This document shows positions 31,307 to 40,795 of a stretch of DNA of 64,000 nucleotides, in pieces. The stretch comes from Bacteroidota bacterium. Its GTDB lineage: Bacteria; Bacteroidota; Bacteroidia; Chitinophagales; Chitinophagaceae. Position numbers and translations under genes: made by a program. The notes beneath the pieces are model-generated. The model was not told the origin of the DNA. It made no database searches and was given only the letters and a program-made list of their open reading frames with translations. The stretch covers positions 9,658 through 73,657 of the forward strand of contig CANHHX010000003.1 in NCBI GenBank assembly GCA_947461125.1. Reading direction: 5' to 3'. Position 1 is the stretch's first letter. Each line of letters begins with the position of its first letter.

Positions 31307-31963
31307 TTAAGAATAGCTCACACACTCTTTATTTTCTTTATCGGTATAGGCTAGGCCTTTCTCTTTTAAAACTTCGGCAGGTACCCCATTCCACTTATTA
31401 GGAACATTACCCGCATATCCTAAATCTTTAACACCCATTTCTGAAGTGTAAAATCCAGTAAGCGTTAAATCACGCATGAGGTTAAAAAAAGTAACACCTT
31501 GTTTGTTTTTTGGATCTGCTTTTTCGGGATAGGCAATTTGATCCACCATTTTAATTTGATCTGCGGCAGAACAGTCTACAAATGCTTTATCGAACTGCTT
31601 AAAGCACTGCATGTCAAGCCAGCGTAGGCCACCACGCATAGGCGTTTGATGCTCTGGCATATCTTTTACAATAAAAGCAATAAACTCAGGTACTTTAGCC
31701 TCTGTAGCGCTTCCACTAACCGCGTCTTTAGGTACGATGATATCCGAAAGTACGGTAATGGTAGCTAGTTCATGCGCTGTAAAAAATTCAGGCTCTGCTT
31801 CCACTTTTTTAAGGTGGTCTTTTTCTTCTTGCATACGGTCGGCAAGTAAGGCTTCCGCGTCTGCTGCTACTTTTTTATCATCAGAACTTTTACAGGCCTG
31901 CACTACTACACCCGTAGCTACGGTACCTACAACAAGGGCTTTGATGGATTTTCTTCTGTCCAT
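31307..31963 (-). CDS. Gluconate 2-dehydrogenase subunit 3 family protein (Tat-type lipoprotein)
   Basis: MDRRKSIK...VQAC signal; GSATEAKVPEFI; FFNLMRDLTLTGFYTSEMG. Confidence 0.87.
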   Translation of the reverse strand: MDRRKSIKALVVGTVATGVVVQACKSSDDKKVAADAEALLADRMQEEKDHLKKVEAEPEFFTAHELATITVLSDIIVPKDAVSGSATEAKVPEFIAFIVKDMPEHQTPMRGGLRWLDMQCFKQFDKAFVDCSAADQIKMVDQIAYPEKADPKNKQGVTFFNLMRDLTLTGFYTSEMGVKDLGYAGNVPNKWNGVPAEVLKEKGLAYTDKENKECVSYS

Positions 31964-31980
31964 AATAATCGTATTAAAAG

Positions 31981-33729
31981 TTACAGATTTTGTTTTTTAA
32001 GTTGGTCGATGATGTATTCGCTTGCACGCATACTAAGCGCCAAAATGGTCCAAGTGATATTTTTATCGGCTTGAGAAGTGAACTGACTTCCGTCTACACA
32101 AAATAAATTTTCACAATCATGCGCCTGACTCCATTTGTTTAACACCGATGTTTTTTTATCGTTACCCATGCGCGCTGTTCCTGCTTCATGAATAATGTTT
32201 CCTGGATTTGAAAGACCATAATTGTTAGACGCATCATCTTCTCCACCCCAAGTAATAATAGCACCCATATTGTGCATGATTTCCTTAAAGGTTTCTTTCA
32301 TGTGCTTGGCCTGTTTGATTTCATAATCAGAATGCTTGGTATGAAAACGAAGTACCGGAATTCCATATTTATCAACCACATTTGGATCAATTTCACAATA
32401 GTTATCGATGGTTGGAACCGCTTCCCCTCTTCCTCCCATACCTACGCTAGCGCCATAAAAAAAGCGCGCGTCTTCTTTTAAGGAAGCACCATATCCACCT
32501 GCCTCTTTTGTTTTGCCATGCACGGCAAATTTTCCGTTAAGACCCTGCATGCCAAATCCAAAACCATAAGAAGGTTGTGTCATACCACCCCAGTACTCGA
32601 TGTGGTATCCACGTGGGAAATCAAGTTTTGCTTTTTTATTATCAAGCCACCATGGTGTGTAAATATGCATACCACCAACGCCATCTTCGTTGTAACGTTT
32701 ACGATCAAATAAATCTGGGAGTACACCACCTAGTGCAGCACCGGTAGAATCATGTAGGTATTTACCAAGTACATTGCTACTGTTTGCAATTCCATTTGGA
32801 TGACGTTGTGATTTTGAATTGAGCATCAAGCGCGCTGTTTCACAAGCACTTGCAGCAAGCACCACCACTCGGCCCTGTACTTGATATTCAAGTCCATCCA
32901 TTTTATTTACATACGCGATACCGGTTGCCTTACCTTCTTTATTGGTAAGCACTTCACGAGCCATCGCTTGCGTTATCACGTCTACATTTCCTGTTTGTAC
33001 CGCAGGTCTAATAAGCGCGGTAGAAGAAGAAAAGTCAGCGGCGATTTTACAACTTCTATTACATTGACCACAATAAAAACATTCACCTCTATCTTTATTT
33101 ATTTGTTTGGTTAGTACAGAAAGTCGTGAAGGATATACAGGAATACCAGCGCTAATCGCTGCTTTTTTCATGTATAGTTCATGAAGCCTTGGTTTAGGTG
33201 GTGGTAAGAAAATACCATCCGGATCATTTTCTAATCCTTCATTGGTACCAAACACACCCAGTAGTTGATCTATTTTATCGTAATAAGGTTTTACATCTTC
33301 GTAACCAATTGGCCAGTCGGCGCCAAGGCCATCAATGCTATGACGCTTAAAATCTTTGGGTCCAAAACGTAGGGAGATACGTCCCCAATGGTTGGTTCTT
33401 CCACCCATCATACGCGCGCGCCACCATTCCCATTTTTGAGAACCTTCGGCCATGGTATACGGCTCACCATCAATTTCCCATCCCCAAAAACAGCCATCAA
33501 ATTCACCAAAAGGACGGTACTTAGAACTTGCACCTCTGCGCTTAGATTCCCATGGATTTTTTAATTGAGAAGAATGCTTTACTGGATCATAATCGGCACC
33601 TGCTTCTAACAAGCAAACCTTAAGTCCCGCACTCGCTAAAACGTATGCAGCCATACCACCACCAGCACCCGATCCCACAATTACTGCGTCGTACTGCTTA
33701 GCCGTTTTTTTAATTTGAAATTCTCCCAT
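31981..33729 (-). CDS. GMC-family flavin oxidoreductase (glycoside 3-dehydrogenase-like)
   Basis: VGSGAGGG FAD motif, GGRTNHWGR, CFYCGQCNRSC Fe-S motif, IHEAGTARMG, KNITWTI. Confidence 0.9.
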   Translation of the reverse strand: MGEFQIKKTAKQYDAVIVGSGAGGGMAAYVLASAGLKVCLLEAGADYDPVKHSSQLKNPWESKRRGASSKYRPFGEFDGCFWGWEIDGEPYTMAEGSQKWEWWRARMMGGRTNHWGRISLRFGPKDFKRHSIDGLGADWPIGYEDVKPYYDKIDQLLGVFGTNEGLENDPDGIFLPPPKPRLHELYMKKAAISAGIPVYPSRLSVLTKQINKDRGECFYCGQCNRSCKIAADFSSSTALIRPAVQTGNVDVITQAMAREVLTNKEGKATGIAYVNKMDGLEYQVQGRVVVLAASACETARLMLNSKSQRHPNGIANSSNVLGKYLHDSTGAALGGVLPDLFDRKRYNEDGVGGMHIYTPWWLDNKKAKLDFPRGYHIEYWGGMTQPSYGFGFGMQGLNGKFAVHGKTKEAGGYGASLKEDARFFYGASVGMGGRGEAVPTIDNYCEIDPNVVDKYGIPVLRFHTKHSDYEIKQAKHMKETFKEIMHNMGAIITWGGEDDASNNYGLSNPGNIIHEAGTARMGNDKKTSVLNKWSQAHDCENLFCVDGSQFTSQADKNITWTILALSMRASEYIIDQLKKQNL

Positions 33730-33784
33730 ATGAAAAGTTTTTACAGGTATTGTTTAGCAAGAATGAAAATAAGATTTTTTAAGC

Positions 33785-33820
33785 AAAAAAAACCGCTCCA
33801 AATGAATTTGGAGCGGTTTT
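33785..33820 (-). terminator. Intrinsic terminator of nrdJ
   Basis: AAAACCGCTCCAAAT-GA-ATTTGGAGCGGTTTT hairpin followed by a U-run on the minus strand. Confidence 0.88.
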
Positions 33821-33847
33821 GTGAAAATTGATTCAAAGTATGTTTAA

Positions 33848-36800
33848 CTAGCTACAACCCATGCTGTTTCCGCAGTTTAAACACTTGTAGCAAGTACCAC
33901 TTCTGATGGTGATATGTCCACAAGTATTACATGCCGGAGCGTCAGATTGCATGTTTTTTGCTGCTGCATTTACCGCGTCCATGCCAGCAGGTGCTGCTGC
34001 AGCAGCTGTTGCATGTTGTAGTTTTTGTGCAGGAGCCGGTGTAGAAGCAGGCGCTGTTACGCGGATGCTGCTTAATTCTGGCTTACCCAACAATGTTGCT
34101 TCACCATCATCGCCTGTATTTTCTACTTGTGGGCGGTCTAATACGTGTACTAAATCGGTTCTATTTAAGTACTCGTAAGCTAGTGCTCTAAACACGAAGT
34201 CTACAAGTGAAGTGGTTGTTTTAATATTTGGATGATCTACCATACCAGAAGGTTCAAATTTGGTAAACACAAACTTCTCTACAAACTCTTCTAGAGGCAC
34301 CCCGTATTGTAAGCCCACAGAAATGGCAATAGCAAAGCAGTTCATAAAGCTTCTTAAAGTAGAACCTTCTTTTGCAAGATCAATAAAGATTTCACCTAGG
34401 GTGCCATCTGCATATTCACCAGTGCGTAAGAAAATAACTTGTCCGCCAATTTTTGCTTTTTGCGTAAAGCCTCTGCGCTTAGAAGGTAAAGATTTCTTTT
34501 CTACGATACCAGACAACAAACGTTTTAATTTGGTATCGGTAGAAGCATTCATTCTTTTTTGAACCTCTTCTAATAATTCTTCTACCGTTAATTGACCTAA
34601 ATCAACAATGCTTGAACCCGCCTCAACACCAGCTACATCAGCTGTTTCAGCAGCTTCTGCGGTTGTATCATCGGTTTTCTTTTTCTTGTCAGATTTATTA
34701 CTTAATGGTTGACTTAATTTAGAACCATCTCTGTAAATCGCATTTGCTTTTAGGCCTAATTCCCAACTTAACATGTAGCTATCTGAGATATCAGAAACGC
34801 TTGCTTCGTTTGGTAGGTTGATGGTTTTTGAAATCGCACCAGATAAGAATGGTTGACAAGCACCCATCATTCGGATGTGACCGTGTGCATGAATAAAACG
34901 CTCCCCTTTTTGACCACACTTGTTAGCGCAATCAAACACAGATAAATGCTCGTCCTTTAAATATGGAGCACCTTCTACTGTCATGGTACCACATACATAA
35001 TCGTTTGCTTCTGCAATTTGATCTTCTGTGAATCCAATCGCTTCTAATAAATTAAAGCTCCAGTCTGCATATTCTTCTTCTTTAAATCCTAGACGCTCCA
35101 TACAAGCATCGCCTAGGGTAAAGCGGTTGAAAATAAATCCAATTTCGAATGCAGATTTTGCTGCACCATTTAATTTATCAATTTCTGCTTGAGAAAATCC
35201 TTTTGCTAATAAAGCTGCAGAATTCACGTGTGGCGCACCTTCGAAGCTTGCATGACCCACTGCATAATTTACAATGGCATCAACCTGGGCAGGCGTGTAT
35301 TTTAAATTCTTTAATGCCTGAGGTACAGATTGGTTGATGATTTTGAAATATCCACCACCAGATAATTTTTTAAACTTCACAAGTGCAAAGTCAGGCTCTA
35401 CACCTGTTGTATCGCAATCCATTACAAGACCAATCGTTCCTGTTGGAGCAATTACCGTTGTTTGTGCGTTTCTGTAACCATATTTTTCACCTAATTGTAC
35501 CGCGTCATCCCATGCTTTGGTGGCCGCTTTTAAAAGTACATCTGGTGTATATTTTGCTTTGATACCTTGAGGCTTAATTTCTAATCCTACATACGCATCG
35601 TCTGCATCGTAAGCAGCAGCACGGTGGTTGCGCATTACACGAAGCATGTCTTCTTTGTTTTCTTCGTACTTATCAAAAGCACCTAAAAACGAAGCCATTT
35701 CTGCAGAAGTTTTGTACGCAATACCCGTCATGATAGCGGTGATGGCACCAGCAATACCGCGCGCTTCTTCAGAATCGTACGCAATACCGCTTACCATTAA
35801 CATAGAACCAAGGTTGGCAAAACCTAAACCTGTTGTTCTGTAATCGTATGATAATTGCGCTACTTCTTTAGAAGGAAACTGCGCCATTAAAATAGATACC
35901 TCAAGTACGGTTTGCCATAATCTTGTGGTGTATTCAAAACCTTCTACATCAAACGAATTATCATCTTCATTGAAGAATTTACGTAGGTTTATAGAAGCTA
36001 GGTTACAAGCCGTATTATCTAAGAACATGTACTCCGAACATGGGTTAGAAGCGTTGATACGACCACCTTTAGGGCAGGTATGCCATTCGTTAATGGTAGT
36101 ATCGTATTGTGTTCCTGGATCTGCACAACGCCATGCCGCTTCAGAAATCGCATCCCATACTTTACGTGCAGGAATAGATTGCATCACACGACCATCGGTA
36201 CGCGCTATTAAATCCCAATTGCCATCTTCTTTTAATGCTTTAAAAAATGTGTTAGGAATACGTACAGAGTTGTTTGAGTTTTGACCCGAAACAGTTGCAT
36301 ACGCTTCTCCTTCGTAACTATTATCATAACCAGCTGCAATAAGTGCCGCTACTTTGTTCTCTTCTTGAACTTTCCAGTTAATGAAGTCCATGATTTCTGG
36401 ATGATCTAAATCGAGACAAACCATTTTAGCCGCTCTACGTGTTGTACCACCAGATTTGATCGCACCAGCAGCACGGTCACCAATTTTAAGGAAACTCATT
36501 AAGCCGCTAGAAGAACCACCACCCGATAATTTTTCGTTCGCGCCTCTAATTTGAGAGAAGTTGGTACCTACCCCAGAACCATATTTAAAAATACGCGCTT
36601 CACGTGTCCATAAATCCATGATACCACCTTCATTTACTAAGTCGTCGCTCACGCTTAGAATGAAACAGGCATGCGGTTGAGGACGCTCATACGCACTTGT
36701 AGAACGCTTTAATTGCTTGTCTGTTGGATCTACATAATAATGACCTTGTGCACCGCCGGTAATACCATAACTCTCGTGAAGTCCGGTATTAAACCATTGT

Positions 36801-37204
36801 GGCGAGTTAGGTACACAAGCCTGGTTTAAAATACTATATACGAGTTCTTCGTAAAATACTTGTGCATCCTGCTTAGTTGCGAAATAACCATAACGCTCAC
36901 CCCACACTCTCCAGCAGTTTGCCATACGGTGTGCAACTTGCTTCACCGTGGTTTCTCTACCTAGTGAACCATCCGCTTGTGGAACACCCGCTTTTCTAAA
37001 ATATTTTTGTGCTAAGATATCCGTAGCAATTTGGCTCCATTGTTTTGGAACTTCTACGTTTGTCATTTCAAATACCTTTTCACCATTCGGGTTTTTGATT
37101 ACGCTATCACGGTAGTCGTACTCAAATTGATCAAAAGGAGAAACACCATCCTTGGTGAATCGGCGGCTAAATTGTAAGCCTTTTTTTGTGCGAGCGTTGG
37201 CCAT
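33848..37204 (-). CDS. nrdJ: Class II (adenosylcobalamin-dependent) ribonucleotide reductase
   Basis: PNSPQWFNTG, QPHACFI, ASNPCSEY, CNLAS, IAPTGTI, SGAISKTIN; C-terminal TSCPD-like domain and zinc ribbon. Confidence 0.96.
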   Translation of the reverse strand: MANARTKKGLQFSRRFTKDGVSPFDQFEYDYRDSVIKNPNGEKVFEMTNVEVPKQWSQIATDILAQKYFRKAGVPQADGSLGRETTVKQVAHRMANCWRVWGERYGYFATKQDAQVFYEELVYSILNQACVPNSPQWFNTGLHESYGITGGAQGHYYVDPTDKQLKRSTSAYERPQPHACFILSVSDDLVNEGGIMDLWTREARIFKYGSGVGTNFSQIRGANEKLSGGGSSSGLMSFLKIGDRAAGAIKSGGTTRRAAKMVCLDLDHPEIMDFINWKVQEENKVAALIAAGYDNSYEGEAYATVSGQNSNNSVRIPNTFFKALKEDGNWDLIARTDGRVMQSIPARKVWDAISEAAWRCADPGTQYDTTINEWHTCPKGGRINASNPCSEYMFLDNTACNLASINLRKFFNEDDNSFDVEGFEYTTRLWQTVLEVSILMAQFPSKEVAQLSYDYRTTGLGFANLGSMLMVSGIAYDSEEARGIAGAITAIMTGIAYKTSAEMASFLGAFDKYEENKEDMLRVMRNHRAAAYDADDAYVGLEIKPQGIKAKYTPDVLLKAATKAWDDAVQLGEKYGYRNAQTTVIAPTGTIGLVMDCDTTGVEPDFALVKFKKLSGGGYFKIINQSVPQALKNLKYTPAQVDAIVNYAVGHASFEGAPHVNSAALLAKGFSQAEIDKLNGAAKSAFEIGFIFNRFTLGDACMERLGFKEEEYADWSFNLLEAIGFTEDQIAEANDYVCGTMTVEGAPYLKDEHLSVFDCANKCGQKGERFIHAHGHIRMMGACQPFLSGAISKTINLPNEASVSDISDSYMLSWELGLKANAIYRDGSKLSQPLSNKSDKKKKTDDTTAEAAETADVAGVEAGSSIVDLGQLTVEELLEEVQKRMNASTDTKLKRLLSGIVEKKSLPSKRRGFTQKAKIGGQVIFLRTGEYADGTLGEIFIDLAKEGSTLRSFMNCFAIAISVGLQYGVPLEEFVEKFVFTKFEPSGMVDHPNIKTTTSLVDFVFRALAYEYLNRTDLVHVLDRPQVENTGDDGEATLLGKPELSSIRVTAPASTPAPAQKLQHATAAAAAPAGMDAVNAAAKNMQSDAPACNTCGHITIRSGTCYKCLNCGNSMGCS

Positions 37205-37322
37205 ACTGGGTGTCGATTTAAACGAATTATTTAATGGGGTCCCGAATTCATAACAAATTGTTAAGCGGTCGACGAAAATATCTTTACCTAAGCAGAAAAC
37301 AACACCCTAAATATTAACAGGT

Positions 37323-37331
37323 TGTGGATAA
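37323..37331 (-). promoter_or_regulatory. Perfect DnaA box upstream of nrdJ
   Basis: TGTGGATAA reads TTATCCACA on the minus strand, about 45 bp upstream of a TATTTTCG -7 element (37273-37280). Confidence 0.55.
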
Positions 37332-37595
37332 GGAATTTGAACATTTTGAGAGTTCAAATCAGGCCTGAATTTGACCCATTTTCCCCCAAATGTTAGCAAC
37401 AAAAAAAATAATATTCGGGTTGATTTGCACTTTTTCCCTTAATAAAATAGGCGGTTTTGGCCCATTTTTACATGACTCATTGAAAATGAAGGAGTAACAG
37501 ATGTTTAGAATGCTAAATCGCAGAAACAAATGACCGATAATTGCGTTTAACAAAAACTTTTCTGCATTTTTGCAGGACTACTATTGTACCCTTAT

Positions 37596-38357
37596 ATGAA
37601 CCCAAACGTTTATTTGCAGCTACTGGAATCAAAAAAAGCAGGTCGTCCGCTTTTTACGGTTTTAATAGACCCTGATAAAGTAGATGCCAAGAGCCTAGAA
37701 CATTTGATAGGACTGGGTTTGGAGGCAAAGGTAGATTACTTTTTTGTAGGCGGAAGTTTGGTTATTTCCAATCACTTAGACGCCTGTATTCAGCAAATAA
37801 AAGCCGCTTGTAACATCCCGGTTATCTTATTTCCCGGATCACCTTCGCAGGTGTCCAAATACGCAGACGCCCTATTGTACCTGTCTCTGATATCTGGGCG
37901 TAACCCCGAATTACTCATTGGACAGCACGTTATTAGCGCTCCTTTTGTTAAAAAATCGGGCCTCGAAATCATGCCAACCGGCTATATGGTGATTGATGGT
38001 GGCGCACCTACCACCGTTTCCTACATTTCAAATGCAGCACCCATTCCATCCAATAAACATGAAATTGCGATGTGCACGGCTATGGCAGGCGAAATGCTTG
38101 GCATGAAGCTCATATACATGGATGCAGGCAGTGGTGCTCAAACGCCCATTACAGAGGCTATGATTAGCGCTGTGGCTAGTTCTATCAGCATCCCACTGAT
38201 TGTGGGTGGTGGTATTACAGATCCTGAAAAAGCATACCTCAACTGCAAGGCTGGTGCCAATATGATTGTTATTGGTAATGCCATCGAAAAAGACCCAAGC
38301 CTCATCAAAGAAATGAGCGCTGCGATTCACGCATCGGGCAAAATAACAGCGGGATAA
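37596..38357 (+). CDS. Geranylgeranylglyceryl phosphate synthase (PcrB/GGGPS family, group II-like)
   Basis: LIDPDK, FVGGS, LFPG, SLISGRNP, YMDAGSGA, PLIVGGGI, IGNAIE; start at 37596. Confidence 0.92.
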   Translation: MNPNVYLQLLESKKAGRPLFTVLIDPDKVDAKSLEHLIGLGLEAKVDYFFVGGSLVISNHLDACIQQIKAACNIPVILFPGSPSQVSKYADALLYLSLISGRNPELLIGQHVISAPFVKKSGLEIMPTGYMVIDGGAPTTVSYISNAAPIPSNKHEIAMCTAMAGEMLGMKLIYMDAGSGAQTPITEAMISAVASSISIPLIVGGGITDPEKAYLNCKAGANMIVIGNAIEKDPSLIKEMSAAIHASGKITAG

Positions 38358-38502
38358 TTTCTCTTTTTTATTGTATTTAACGCAGAATTTAATGGATTGT
38401 TAAATGTGCGGGAAATACAGGCTCATGTTGTAACTTAACAACATATGTTGCGGTTGTGAATGATCTGTCATAGATCTATTTGATAACATAAACCAATCCC
38501 CT

Positions 38503-39165
38503 ATGCGAATCAACAACATCTTACCGGTTACCCTGTTTGCAGCAAGTCTTATTGTGGCTAGTAGCCTTTACGCACAAACAAGTACAAGTACAAGTAAATT
38601 CAAACCTAAGCCAACTTACACGGCACACTTATCTGTGGGACAGGTGTTTTTTGGTACAGGCGATATTAATGGTTATGGACTTTTGGTAGCCGTAGAAAAA
38701 TCTGTTTTTAAAAAATCGGTGCGGCCTTTTCCAGCCTTTCAAGTTGGCTTTGGCCTCAATTTTGAAACAGGCATTAGAAAGCCTATAAATATTTTACATC
38801 CAAACGGTGATTTTGAAGAATCAAGTTATGGTCAAACCAGCAAAACATCGGGCTGGGCTACCTTTAAATACCATCCATTCAAACATTCGATGGATGGATT
38901 TAGTGTTACGGTAGGTCCAACATTAGGTATCACACAATCAACTTCCGAAAAAAGTAGAAGTTTTATTTACGATTCATTTTATGGTGTGATTCGAAGATCA
39001 GTTATTGAAACAGAAAATCATTTTGGTATGGGTTACCGCATTGCGGTGCAACAACAATTTGCCATCAAGGATCATTTTTTTATTGGTTTTCGCGCCGACT
39101 TTTCAAACGATGTACATGGCGATGTTAATACTTATTTAGGCGGTAGTCTGAGTTATCGTTTTTAA
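38503..39165 (+). CDS. Hypothetical small outer-membrane beta-barrel protein
   Basis: Signal peptide LYA-Q; alternating amphipathic strands; C-terminal YLGGSLSYRF beta-signal. Confidence 0.72.
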   Translation: MRINNILPVTLFAASLIVASSLYAQTSTSTSKFKPKPTYTAHLSVGQVFFGTGDINGYGLLVAVEKSVFKKSVRPFPAFQVGFGLNFETGIRKPINILHPNGDFEESSYGQTSKTSGWATFKYHPFKHSMDGFSVTVGPTLGITQSTSEKSRSFIYDSFYGVIRRSVIETENHFGMGYRIAVQQQFAIKDHFFIGFRADFSNDVHGDVNTYLGGSLSYRF

Positions 39166-39188
39166 ACAAATCTTGGAAATTTTTTCCG

Positions 39189-39222
39189 AAAATAACCGGC
39201 CCTTTGGGCCGGTTATTTTTTT
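39189..39222 (+). terminator. Intrinsic terminator
   Basis: AAAATAACCGGCCC-TTT-GGGCCGGTTATTTT followed by more T. Confidence 0.9.
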
Positions 39223-39391
39223 GATGTTCAGTCTACATCTGCGGAAAATATCAGAACTAATGCGCAACCTTATTTACCAATAGCATTGAAACTCATTTAT
39301 GCGGCTTCGCGTAACATAAACAGTGGTTTAATTGAATAGGTTACACTAGATAGCTATCCAACCATATTCTATTCACTTTAAATTAAGCACT

Positions 39392-40771
39392 ATGTTATTG
39401 AACGTAAAAAAAGGCTTGCTTGCGCTAACCCTTCTTACTGCTATGATCAGTTGTAAAAAAAATGCAATCGACTTCACAAACGGCGTTGTCGATGAAAGTA
39501 AAGTATACCAAAAACCAATTTCTTATGATCAAATCGAACTTGTAAATAACCTCGAAAAAATCACCCTGATTTTAGAGGACCTCTACAAAGAAAAAAAGAA
39601 CCTCAAACTCGTCAATGCGGCTATTTATGCAAAAGCCTACACCGACGAATCGGTTTTATTAAAAGACCTTATCAACCCCATGCATAGTGTCCTTCCTGGC
39701 AATAAAAAATTTGGGGAGCTCTGCGGAAAATGGAACGTACGCTTGCAAGATTTTTCGGATGCTTTTTGGAAAGCTGCACGAATCAAAAACGATACCCAAT
39801 TGATTGATTTTTTAGAGTTTGTTCAAACCAGTAACCTACCAGTTCAACAATTAAACAATAGCACATTTGGGACAAACGGTGGATCCATTCACAACAGCAA
39901 TAGTAGCCAAGTAAGTATTTACTTCCCGTACAGCAATGAATTTGACATTAGCGCCAGTGGTGACAGTTATGGCCCAATTTCTAGCTTAGTAACATCCGTC
40001 GCAGAAGCAGACGAAGCCCTTGGCTTTCAGCCCTATTATAGTGGTGGCGTATTAATGGAATACCGCCCAGTAATTGTTAATGACGACTATGCGTTTTCCC
40101 ATCCCACCCATATTGTGGGCATTAATGGTGTCGAACCCTATGAAACACAGGACGCCACATTAAATCCACCCAATGTTACAAACCCTCCAAACGTTAACCG
40201 GGTTTATGTAGGTGATGGTATTTGCAGGGTACAATATGACAGGCTTTTTAGCTTTACGGGTAATGGTGGCGGTTCTGAAATTACCTATTGCAGGGTAAGT
40301 GGTTACCTTAAACTAGCGGGTTATCAAATCACCGAATTTGAAGACAAAACTGAAGTAGAGTTTGAGCGCGGTACCATTCGCAAAAAACAATGGCTGCGTG
40401 TATATGCGGTTTGGGATGCCGATTGGGTGGTTGAAAATAAAGAGCAGGTTTTTGCAATCTATGAAGACGACAAAAATGCAGAAATTACCTTCACAGGATC
40501 TCTTAGCACAAAGCTCAAAGTTTCAGACGGAACTACCGTAGATGGCAGTATCGACTATCAAATAAAAAGGAGCTCCCAAGATGATATTATCAAGCAATTA
40601 AAAATATCGCGTGTCTCCTATTTTGCGGGGGCCCATAGGAATCAAGGATGGGGCTTTGGTATTGATAAATCATTTTTACCAGCATCTGCAACACAGGGAT
40701 GGCCATTTTATGACGCTGTATCAGATGGTGGTGCCAACGTAGGTTGGACCTGGCCTTATGACGGTTATTAA
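39392..40771 (+). CDS. Hypothetical lipoprotein
   Basis: Lipobox AMIS-C then KKN; 459 aa; no recognised enzyme motif. Confidence 0.8.
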   Translation: MLLNVKKGLLALTLLTAMISCKKNAIDFTNGVVDESKVYQKPISYDQIELVNNLEKITLILEDLYKEKKNLKLVNAAIYAKAYTDESVLLKDLINPMHSVLPGNKKFGELCGKWNVRLQDFSDAFWKAARIKNDTQLIDFLEFVQTSNLPVQQLNNSTFGTNGGSIHNSNSSQVSIYFPYSNEFDISASGDSYGPISSLVTSVAEADEALGFQPYYSGGVLMEYRPVIVNDDYAFSHPTHIVGINGVEPYETQDATLNPPNVTNPPNVNRVYVGDGICRVQYDRLFSFTGNGGGSEITYCRVSGYLKLAGYQITEFEDKTEVEFERGTIRKKQWLRVYAVWDADWVVENKEQVFAIYEDDKNAEITFTGSLSTKLKVSDGTTVDGSIDYQIKRSSQDDIIKQLKISRVSYFAGAHRNQGWGFGIDKSFLPASATQGWPFYDAVSDGGANVGWTWPYDGY

Positions 40772-40795
40772 TAGCATATCAATGATCAAATAACT

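Noticed and set aside
33848-37204. Intein or intron in the long nrdJ
   Set aside because: No splice-junction or homing-endonuclease motifs; the length is explained by the C-terminal TSCPD and zinc-ribbon domains.
37359-37553. 64-aa ORF in the nrdJ/GGGPS spacer
   Set aside because: No recognisable motif and lies in a promoter-rich AT region; cannot be supported, though not strictly excluded.
37205-37595. Cobalamin riboswitch or NrdR boxes before nrdJ
   Set aside because: No B12-box-like or NrdR consensus seen, and the predicted 5'UTR is only about 65 nt.
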